Part shown: positions 53,432 through 64,000 of the stretch, piece after piece | Layout: the number at the start of each line of letters is the position of its first letter | Position numbering within the stretch: position 1 is the first letter of the stretch | NCBI GenBank assembly: GCA_937899875.1 | Contig: CALBQP010000069.1 | Coordinates: forward strand, 921-64,920 | Direction of reading: 5' to 3' | DNA: 64,000 bases | DNA from: an uncultured Clostridia bacterium | Lineage (GTDB): Bacteria > Bacillota > Clostridia > Christensenellales > Christensenellaceae | The notes under the pieces: generated by a model | Databases searched by the model: none | Told to the model about the DNA's origin: nothing | Seen by the model: only the letters and a program-made list of their open reading frames with translations | Translations under genes and position numbers: made by a program

Positions 53432-56400
53432 TCATCTGCTTCCGGAGAATTCATGCAGCCTGTTTTGCACGCCCGCCGTTCTAAGCCAACCCAGCCCGCG
53501 GTTTTGCAGGTCTTGAATCAGCGGTGCGGTATCCGCCTTTTGCCATTTTGGGAAGCGTGCCAGATGACGCTGGAGGCAGGGGGCCGCCCTATCGTCCCAA
53601 TCGGAAAAGCCGGGGAATTCGTAGTCGTAATCCAGCCGGTATATGATGATCTTGCCGCTTGAAGCTACAAAAAGCTTGTGGCCATCGGGCGAAAACCGCA
53701 TACTTTTGATATCGCTTACATTTTGAAAGCTTGTTATTTCCCCCGCTTGCCATTCGAATTTGGTTTCTCCCGTCAGGGCGTCGGCCAGCATCACTTTTCC
53801 GTCGTTACGTGCAATGGCCAGCAATTTGCCGTCCGGACTGATTGCAAGGGATGTAACGGGCCGGTCAGATTGCACAATTGTTTTGCCGGTTGTTTGGGAT
53901 TCGGTGTTGATCACGTATACGCCTTCTGCGCCACCGATGTACAACATCCCACCATCACTCAGCACACAGCTTTCAGGCGATCCGCAACCGGTAGTGTTAT
54001 ATTTTACGCATGTGCCGTCGGGCAAGGAAAGCGCCCCCGCGCCTCCGCCCCCTTCGGTTACGATAAGCTTTCTTCCATCCGGGCTTAACGCCAGGAACTT
54101 CATGGAATAAAATTGATCCGTAAGCGCTTGGGTCTTTTTGCTTTTCAAGCCGATCACATACAGCTTGGCATAGCCGCTGACATAGCCGGTAAGCCCATCG
54201 TGGCTGATGTCTACGTCACGCGCTGCGCCGTCCTGTCTGTTACTTTCGTACACAGTGACGCAGGCGCCTGTTTGCAGGTCGGTGTATTTGACCGTGGCCG
54301 ATGTATCGGACGAAAGCGCATATCTGCCGTCGGGGCTGAGTTTTACGCATAAAACAGGGTTATTCTGGACGTTGCTGCATGTACGGATGTTTTCTCCGGT
54401 TTGCGTGTCCCAAAGCCGCAGGGACCTGTCCCAGCCGGCGCTTATCAGCTGCCTGCCGTCCGCGCTTACGTCCAGGTCATAGATGCCGCCATTTTCATGC
54501 GCCAAAAGCTCCCTGTCCAGGAAAACAGCGCGCGGCGCCTTTCGCCCGCAATAGGCGGCCAAACCGGCGCACAGGCTGGCGTAGCCGGAAGCCTCCGTAA
54601 ACCCCGGGATGCTACGGGCCTCATCCAGCGCCAGTACGGCGTCGGCAATATCCATCGCGGCGATCAGGCCGGATATTTTTGATATATTCTTGGCGTATAC
54701 TTCGTCCAGGTTTGTCCTGTGTTCGGATGAAGCCACTTTTTGCAGCCAATAATCGCTTGTGTCACTTAGAGGCGGCAGATACACATGTTTCAGGCCATTG
54801 TCATATTCGCTAAACAGAAGTCCGCTGCCGTCATAAGTAAAACAGGGTGTTGAATCCTGCCCGAGTCGGGGGCTTAGGCTCAGGCGGCACAGCCCGTTTT
54901 TGATATCCAGAAGCTTCATTTTATTGTCCAGGCTGTCATAGATGAGTATGCGCTCGTACGTGCGGTCTGTGCAAACGTCCGACGACCATTTCAATTCCAT
55001 AAGATTGGTATTGAGAATACCTGCGCCGGTTAGGAGGTTATATAGCAAAACCCCGCCATTTACGCCTGCTGTGACGCAAAGGCGCGCGCCGATATCATAT
55101 CTTACAATCTTTGCATTGTGCGAACTGCCGGGCGTAAACATGCCGGAAACAGGATTGCCGGTTGCCAGGGAAAGCCATTTGTTCTCTACCACAGCAACCA
55201 GGTCATCGTTTACAAACCCGGCCCCGGAGTTATAATGCGATTCTCCATGGATCGGCTTGAAGCGGTAGTCTTTGATCACCTCAAGCGTATCAAAATCCAG
55301 CACGTAGCAGACCTTTTTGTCGTTCACACATAGTTTGCTGAAGTCGCCGTTCACGGTGATCTGCGGCAGGTTCAGCACGCCTATATAAGGCAGCGCTACG
55401 CGCTGGGGCAGGTATCCGCCAACCTCTGTATCCCATATCCGTACCGTGTATTCGTTGGTGTCGGGTTGATCATACGTCGCATAAAAGATGTACTTTCCAC
55501 TATACGCCATGGCGAGGAGGTCCTCGCCGGAGGCGTCGTAATCGTTTATCTGGTATACATCCTGCATTGCATGGGCTTTTTGTTCGCAGGCAGAGACTTG
55601 CTGGTCCTCGCCCCATCGGTTGTAGAAAGATTGGATGTTGCTTAGGGCGTCATTGCGCCTGTACAGGAGTACGTTCATTTTGATCAGCGCGAGCAGGCTG
55701 TCGCGCGTTCCCAGGCGGCCGTGGAGGCTTTCCATCAAAAATGCCGCCCTGTCGTCATCTATTTTGCCGTTTCGCCAAAGATATTGTGTTTGGTTATAAG
55801 CCGCTGCGACATAATCGGGAGCAAGCGACAACGCCTTCTGCCAGCATGCTTCCGCCGCTTCGGGCTTTCCGATATCAAGAAAACTGAGCGCACGGTTGTT
55901 CAGGCTATCCGCTGTATCTGCCGCCGCCTTTGGATCCTTGCGCGGGTATGTCGATCCGGACACTTGACGGTAGATGGCGAGCAAAACAGCCTCCACCGCA
56001 GTGAAATCGTGCGGGCGGGCGGCCTCGTCCTCTTCAAAGCACATCTTAAGCAGCGCTTTGAGCATATCCGGCAAATCGTACCGGCATTCGGCAAAGTAAT
56101 CATCGCATCCCAGCCCCGCCACCGCGCCGCTTTGCCAAAGCCGCTCGCCGATCAGCATTTCCAGTACGGTCACCGCCCAGCTCCAGATATCCGTGCGGCG
56201 TGTAAGCTTCAGCCCGTTCATCTGCTCTATAGAGCAGTAGGCCGGCGTATACGCACCGCTTTCCGAAAGTATGGTACCGCTGCCGGCGGCGCCGCCGTCC
56301 GGGTACGTTATGACGGCACGCGCCTGTGCGATGCCAAAATCGGCGGCCTTTGCCGATCCGTCCGAGGTCAGAAGCAGGTTATCCGGCTTGACATCCTGGT

Positions 56401-56893
56401 GGATCAGTCCGCTTTCATGCGCATAGTGAAGCCCTCTGGCGTACTGTATGGCGATATCCAGCACGCGCGCCAGCTGTTCCCGCTCGCTTCCTTCGTACAG
56501 CCGCCTGTCCGCAATCCAGTCTTTCAGGCTGCCGCCATCCATCCATTCGGAAAATATCGAAGGCGTACCCGCTATCTCGCGCACATAGTAGCATGATACG
56601 ATATGCGGGTGCAGGCCTAAGTTTATCCATGCCTCACACTCGTTTATGAACATCTGCTTTTGTGCTTCTGTCTGAAAAAGGCGCGCATGCGGTTGTTTGA
56701 GCGCAAGGGCTACGTTCCAGCCCTCGTGGCGCATCTTGAACACACGGCCCATGCCGCCCTCAAGGGCGTCCGACTCGACATCATATAAGTCAAGCAAACG
56801 CATGCCCCTGGCGATTTCGCCAGATGAAGCGGGAACAGCCTGATCGTCATTCGTGATGTCCGCATCCAAAATAGTGGTATCATTTTGATTCAT
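53432..56893 (-). CDS. Hanks-type Ser/Thr protein kinase fused to TPR and WD40/beta-propeller regions
   Basis: Kinase motifs are GGMGRVFKM, VALALK, HQDVKPDNLLL, ADFGIA and YTPAYCSIEQ. The middle region is TPR-like (ALSFLDIGKPEAAEACWQKALSLAPDY). The C-terminal ~650 aa carry repeated SPDG/SADG...WD-type blades (ISAGWDRSLRLWD). ATG at 56893 follows AGGAG. Confidence 0.85.
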   Translation of the reverse strand: MNQNDTTILDADITNDDQAVPASSGEIARGMRLLDLYDVESDALEGGMGRVFKMRHEGWNVALALKQPHARLFQTEAQKQMFINECEAWINLGLHPHIVSCYYVREIAGTPSIFSEWMDGGSLKDWIADRRLYEGSEREQLARVLDIAIQYARGLHYAHESGLIHQDVKPDNLLLTSDGSAKAADFGIAQARAVITYPDGGAAGSGTILSESGAYTPAYCSIEQMNGLKLTRRTDIWSWAVTVLEMLIGERLWQSGAVAGLGCDDYFAECRYDLPDMLKALLKMCFEEDEAARPHDFTAVEAVLLAIYRQVSGSTYPRKDPKAAADTADSLNNRALSFLDIGKPEAAEACWQKALSLAPDYVAAAYNQTQYLWRNGKIDDDRAAFLMESLHGRLGTRDSLLALIKMNVLLYRRNDALSNIQSFYNRWGEDQQVSACEQKAHAMQDVYQINDYDASGEDLLAMAYSGKYIFYATYDQPDTNEYTVRIWDTEVGGYLPQRVALPYIGVLNLPQITVNGDFSKLCVNDKKVCYVLDFDTLEVIKDYRFKPIHGESHYNSGAGFVNDDLVAVVENKWLSLATGNPVSGMFTPGSSHNAKIVRYDIGARLCVTAGVNGGVLLYNLLTGAGILNTNLMELKWSSDVCTDRTYERILIYDSLDNKMKLLDIKNGLCRLSLSPRLGQDSTPCFTYDGSGLLFSEYDNGLKHVYLPPLSDTSDYWLQKVASSEHRTNLDEVYAKNISKISGLIAAMDIADAVLALDEARSIPGFTEASGYASLCAGLAAYCGRKAPRAVFLDRELLAHENGGIYDLDVSADGRQLISAGWDRSLRLWDTQTGENIRTCSNVQNNPVLCVKLSPDGRYALSSDTSATVKYTDLQTGACVTVYESNRQDGAARDVDISHDGLTGYVSGYAKLYVIGLKSKKTQALTDQFYSMKFLALSPDGRKLIVTEGGGGAGALSLPDGTCVKYNTTGCGSPESCVLSDGGMLYIGGAEGVYVINTESQTTGKTIVQSDRPVTSLAISPDGKLLAIARNDGKVMLADALTGETKFEWQAGEITSFQNVSDIKSMRFSPDGHKLFVASSGKIIIYRLDYDYEFPGFSDWDDRAAPCLQRHLARFPKWQKADTAPLIQDLQNRGLGWLRTAGVQNRLHEFSGSR

Positions 56894-57092
56894 AACAGAT
56901 CTCCTGCCAACGCAAATTGGCTTATACAAGTGAAATTGCAGACCACAGCTATATATAAAGTATCACATCAGGGAAGAGTGGTTTTGAATAAAAGTTTCAA
57001 ACCGACTCTATTATACGGCTCATGATAGCGTATTGCAACGATTTGTAAATGCTATGGCAATCCCGGCCGTCATTGCCCACGGGCAGATCAAT

Positions 57093-57128
57093 AAAAAACT
57101 GGCTCCCGACAATATACAGGAGCCAGTT
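57093..57128 (-). terminator. intrinsic terminator of the PFOR gene
   Basis: On the minus strand AACTGGCTCC pairs with GGAGCCAGTT (10 bp, 12-nt loop), followed by TTTTAT. It lies 41 nt past the stop. Confidence 0.75.
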
Positions 57129-57169
57129 CTTTGCATGTTTTTTAAAAACAGGACAAGCATTCGATTGCT

Positions 57170-60790
<3,621 letters not shown>

Positions 60791-60890
60791 TCAAACATTT
60801 CCATTATATATAGTTACCATATAAAAATCAAGGAAATATAAGGCGCGGAGGGCGCACGGGGACCGCGTTTTTAAGTTGCCTAACGCTAAC

Positions 60891-61808
60891 TTAAAAAAGA
60901 CGCAGCTTCGCTTTTTTGTACATACGCTGAAATGCTTTGCGCTCTTCGCGCGGCACAACGGGAATTCCGTTGAAGTTTACATTGTAGAATGCGCTCTCCA
61001 GCACATCCAGGCTGCGCTCGTCGTGCAGGTACTCGTCCACCAGCTTGATGTATGTAATGCTTTTTTCAATCGATTTTTTTATCAGGCCCAAAAAGTAATC
61101 GTAATCAAAAAGATCCTTGACCTCTTCATATGGATAATACAACATGGTAAGCAGATCCAGCATTGTAAACTTGTTTTGCAGGCGGATCCACTTCATCTGT
61201 TTTTCGTCCGGCATAAACATTTTACGGTTGTATTCCGCAAAATACCGGTATGTGGTGTGGTACGAGTCCGGTTTCAGCTTGAACCCATAGTAGAGCCGCC
61301 GGTGACAGTCCTCAAAAAAACGGTTAAGTTCATCGGATTCCACAAACGTTTGCTCTACAAACTGCGCCCTGTCAAATTCCATCGCCTCAAAACCTTTTTC
61401 GTGCGCATAGACGGTATCGATCCCATATTCCAGCGTGTTGTGGTTGTTCATGGCGTTGGGACAAATGGCGTTGATCTTTGGGTGCATGATGTAATCGAGG
61501 CAGTAATGCGTAATGTAACCATAAAAAAAACTACGGATGACCATGTCGTCCGGGTGGTTTTTGACATACTGCGCGCCCTCCACAAAAAAACGCTGCGGAC
61601 GCGCCCTGTGCAGGGCGTAACCGAACATTTTGTACGTATGGCCGGCCCACATGGAATAGTATTTGTACAGGTAATAGTAATCGCCCCCCTGCGCGCCCGA
61701 ATGGTACGCGGGGATGTTGGCGTTTATGACGTCGGTGATCCTGGGGTTTCCGTCCAGCCTTTCCAAAATGTCGTCGGCTGCGAGTTTGTGTGTAAGAAAA
61801 GCCGGCAT
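60891..61808 (-). CDS. zinc-dependent phospholipase C-family protein
   Basis: MPAFLTHKLAADDIL...YHSGAQGGDYYY...YALHRARPQRFF...GYITHYCLDYIMHPKI matches the family pattern as I recall it. Confidence 0.65.
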   Translation of the reverse strand: MPAFLTHKLAADDILERLDGNPRITDVINANIPAYHSGAQGGDYYYLYKYYSMWAGHTYKMFGYALHRARPQRFFVEGAQYVKNHPDDMVIRSFFYGYITHYCLDYIMHPKINAICPNAMNNHNTLEYGIDTVYAHEKGFEAMEFDRAQFVEQTFVESDELNRFFEDCHRRLYYGFKLKPDSYHTTYRYFAEYNRKMFMPDEKQMKWIRLQNKFTMLDLLTMLYYPYEEVKDLFDYDYFLGLIKKSIEKSITYIKLVDEYLHDERSLDVLESAFYNVNFNGIPVVPREERKAFQRMYKKAKLRLF

Positions 61809-62330
61809 TTAATGTGTGCCCTCCGGATGGGAGGATTTTAAAAAGCAATCGGGCTCGTGCGCTTCAATTACACCGATGTTCTTCATCAGCCACAAAACAT
61901 TGGATTCCTGGATTTCCTGAAATCCATATTTGAGCAGCGCTTTGTATAGCTTTTCCGGCTGCTTAAAGCCGTACACAAACTTGAACAGGCTGCCGTAATC
62001 GGCAATGATTTCCTGGCAACAAATGGCGTTGGTCCGCACCGCGTAGACAATCTGCTTTTGCAGCCCCGATTCCTGTATAAAGCTGTCTAGCCGCGTATCA
62101 TCCATGTTGGCGCACCGGCCGATGTCAAACTGAAAAAACCAGTCCCGTATTTGATCCTGCCGTTCCAGCACCTCGGCATAGGTTTTTTGCTGTGTAAAAA
62201 TCTCCAGGCAAAACTTGGCGAAAATCGCATTGTCGTCCGTTTGGATCCTGCCGTACTCGTTGTCGTGATGCACTGTCATCAGGTCGCCGCTCACCCAGGA
62301 ACAGCGTTTTTTTTCATCTTTGTTTTTCAT
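61809..62330 (-). CDS. tag: DNA-3-methyladenine glycosylase I (Tag)-like protein, divergent
   Basis: KRCSWVSGDLMTVHHDNEYG...IFAKFCLE...QFD... parallels Tag (RCGW...YHDNEWG...LFE.ICLE...FD). Several otherwise conserved blocks (FQAGLSW, IIRNRxKI) are replaced. Confidence 0.5.
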   Translation of the reverse strand: MKNKDEKKRCSWVSGDLMTVHHDNEYGRIQTDDNAIFAKFCLEIFTQQKTYAEVLERQDQIRDWFFQFDIGRCANMDDTRLDSFIQESGLQKQIVYAVRTNAICCQEIIADYGSLFKFVYGFKQPEKLYKALLKYGFQEIQESNVLWLMKNIGVIEAHEPDCFLKSSHPEGTH

Positions 62331-62448
62331 TCTATTATCTTAACATATACGCTGTTTTTATGGTAGAATGGATTTGTAAAAAAAGTCTTAATATTCGGTT
62401 ATACTTAAGTAACTTTAAAAACAAGTCAGGAAGACTGTTTTTAAAGAC

Positions 62449-62569
62449 GCGGCAGATGCCGCGAGCTGCCGTCCGATAGGCGGCAGTATTATCGTGGATA
62501 GTCAATCTTCGCGCCTTTGGCGCAAAAGCGGGCATTACCCGTTTTTTGAAAACGACGGATCGTTTTCAA
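62449..62569 (+). other. cluster of short hairpins in the hisC 5' leader
   Basis: The stems are GCGGC/GCCGC (62449-62462), CTGCCG/CGGCAG (62466-62486), GCGCC/GGCGC (62510-62522), AGCGGG/CCCGTT (62527-62543) and TTGAAAACGA/TCGTTTTCAA, 10 bp (62546-62569). Confidence 0.6.
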
Positions 62570-62619
62570 AGTTGATTGACTATATTACCGGCCGGCGGAT
62601 TTTGCCGTGTGGAGGAACA

Positions 62620-63660
62620 TTGAAGAAATACTGGAGCAGGAAGGCGGCCGCGCTTACGCCGTATGTCGCGGGCGAGCAGCCGCAGCAGAAGCTGATCAAA
62701 CTGAATACCAACGAAAACGCATATCCGCCAAGCCCGCGGGCAGTGGCCGCTGCCGCGGCGGCATTAGGTCGCTTGCGGCTGTATCCCGATCCGGATTCGG
62801 CAGACCTGCGCGCGGCGATTGCGCAGTTGCACGGGGTGGAGCCCGAGAATATTTTTTGTTCCAACGGGTCGGATGAGGCGCTGGCCTTTTCGTTTATGGC
62901 GTTTTTCGATCCCGGCGTGCCGGTGCGCACGTATGATATCACGTACAGCTTTTATCCGGTCTGGGCGCGCATTTTTGATTTGACACTGGAAGAAATACCG
63001 CTTAAAATAGACTTTGGTGCGGATGTGGAAGCAATGACAGGTGCAAGTAATATTGTGATTGCCAACCCCAATGCGCCCACCGGCATTGCCGAGGATGCGG
63101 ACGATATCGTGCGTATGGCCCGAAGCACAAAAGGCGTCGCGGTGGTGGACGAAGCCTACGGCGATTTCGGGTGCGAAAGCATGGCAGGGCAAGCGGCGCA
63201 TCTTGACAACCTGGTTGTGGTGCGGACGCTTTCCAAGTCGCACAGCCTGGCGGGGATGCGTGTGGGTTATGCCGTTGCGAACAAAAACCTTGTTGCGGCG
63301 CTTGGTGCGGTCAAGGACAGCTTTAACTCTTATCCGCTGGACGCTGTGGCGCAGGCTGTCGCGGCCGCCGCAATACGCGACCGTGGATATTATGACGATG
63401 TAGCAAATAAAATTAAAGAAACAAGAACGCGTACCACAGATGCTCTCCAAAAAATGGGGCTCCCTGTCCTGCCATCTTCCGCCAATTTCATTTTTGTGCG
63501 GTTTGGAGATGCGCAGGCGGTGTTCCGGGAACTACGTGAGCGGGGCATACTGGTGCGGTACTTTGCGGGTGGGCGTACAGGGGAATACCTGCGGGTCACC
63601 ATTGGTACGGATGCGGAAATGGATGCGTTCCTAACAGCGGTAAGCGAGATCGTGAGGTAG
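62620..63660 (+). CDS. hisC: histidinol-phosphate aminotransferase
   Basis: Translation includes ...LTPYVAGEQPQQKLIKLNTNENAYPPSP...VRTLSKSHSLAGMRVGYAV (PLP Lys)...LRVTIG. I chose the TTG start at 62620, 5 nt after GGAGG. There is no in-frame ATG between the track start at 62494 and this site. Confidence 0.88.
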   Translation: MKKYWSRKAAALTPYVAGEQPQQKLIKLNTNENAYPPSPRAVAAAAAALGRLRLYPDPDSADLRAAIAQLHGVEPENIFCSNGSDEALAFSFMAFFDPGVPVRTYDITYSFYPVWARIFDLTLEEIPLKIDFGADVEAMTGASNIVIANPNAPTGIAEDADDIVRMARSTKGVAVVDEAYGDFGCESMAGQAAHLDNLVVVRTLSKSHSLAGMRVGYAVANKNLVAALGAVKDSFNSYPLDAVAQAVAAAAIRDRGYYDDVANKIKETRTRTTDALQKMGLPVLPSSANFIFVRFGDAQAVFRELRERGILVRYFAGGRTGEYLRVTIGTDAEMDAFLTAVSEIVR

Positions 63661-63662
63661 AA

Positions 63663-64000
63663 ATGAAAATTGGCATAGTTGGTCTGGGGCTCATTGGCGG
63701 GTCTCTGGCAAAAACATTTAAAAAGAACACAGGGCACCATATTGCCGGTGTGGACAGCAACCCCGACGTAGAGCAGGCGGCGCTTGCCGCAAAAGCGGTG
63801 GACAGTGTTGGCGGCATCGAGACATGCGACGTCGTGTATGTGTGCCTGTATCCCACGGATACGGCGCAATACCTGTTGGATAACGAATTTAAGCCTGGTG
63901 CAGTATTGACGGATGTGTGTGGTGTCAAGCGGTTTATCGTCGAGAAGGTTTCGGAACCCCTGGCCAAAAAAGGCCTGTTCTTCTGCGGCGGACACCCGAT
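63663..64000 (+). CDS. tyrA: prephenate dehydrogenase; N-terminal part only, because the gene runs off the right edge
   Basis: My translation from the ATG at 63663 reads MKIGIVGLGLIGGSLAKTFKKNTGHHIAGVDSNPDVEQAALAAKAVD...GVKRFIVEKV...FCGGHP. It is absent from the ORF track because it has no stop in the window. Confidence 0.8.
   Translation, partial: MKIGIVGLGLIGGSLAKTFKKNTGHHIAGVDSNPDVEQAALAAKAVDSVGGIETCDVVYVCLYPTDTAQYLLDNEFKPGAVLTDVCGVKRFIVEKVSEPLAKKGLFFCGGHP

Noticed and set aside
60891-62330. A horizontally acquired low-GC islet (the Tag-like and phospholipase-C-like genes).
   Set aside because: This is only a visual impression of lower GC. I could not compute window statistics and there are no flanking repeats or tRNA, so I kept it as a minor note inside one finding rather than a claim.
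62331-62619. A T-box riboswitch or a histidine attenuator leader upstream of hisC.
   Set aside because: I could not find a T-box consensus, a specifier-loop context, or a leader peptide with consecutive His codons. Only generic hairpins are present.

Overview
This is a 64 kb chromosomal segment that looks like a high-GC, Gram-positive anaerobe. The evidence is strong GGAGG ribosome-binding sites, PFOR, microcompartment shell genes and an agmatine deiminase pathway. An Oscillospiraceae or Clostridia-like origin is only an inference. Coding density is high, and I call about 53 protein genes, 38 of them on the minus strand. I saw no rRNA, tRNA, CRISPR array, transposase, integrase or phage gene.

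Gene content from left to right:
- the start of a microcompartment operon (BMC-P, BMC-H, Zn-ADH, Fe-ADH), which runs off the left edge
- an MFS transporter and an AraC/GyrI regulator
- an XRE-cupin regulator with an AMP-forming acyl-CoA synthetase
- an AmmeMemoRadiSam-type trio
- a degenerate redoxin-fold gene and a WG-repeat protein
- a divergent MATE/MarR pair with three operator palindromes
- a complete agmatine deiminase cluster (RpiR, ptcA, aguD, aguA, arcC)
- an orphan LigD polymerase domain
- a 14.7 kb minus-strand signalling island: Hpt, HD-GYP response regulator, two cytoplasmic hybrid kinases, a FIST protein, and a GGDEF cyclase translationally coupled to glycan-modifying enzymes
- a YesM/YesN-like sensor operon with two binding proteins, in which the kinase carries an in-frame TAG and the regulator a frameshift at a G6 run
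- a five-gene operon of uncharacterised Cys/His-rich proteins (DUF1326, DUF4418, MacB/FtsX-type ABC pump, DUF2182)
- a ribose-type ABC importer, a VOC protein and RpiB
- an Asp-less OmpR-like regulator, a Ser/Thr-rich small protein and a 1153-aa Ser/Thr kinase with TPR and WD40 regions
- PFOR, a Zn-phospholipase-C-like gene with a Tag-like gene, hisC, and the start of tyrA

The non-coding DNA holds two unusual features. One is a dispersed ~90-240 bp repeat family with structure-preserving stem changes. The other is dense arrays of short perfect hairpins.

All calls come from reading the translations and sequence by eye. No database search was run, and family names are recalled from memory and need HMM confirmation.
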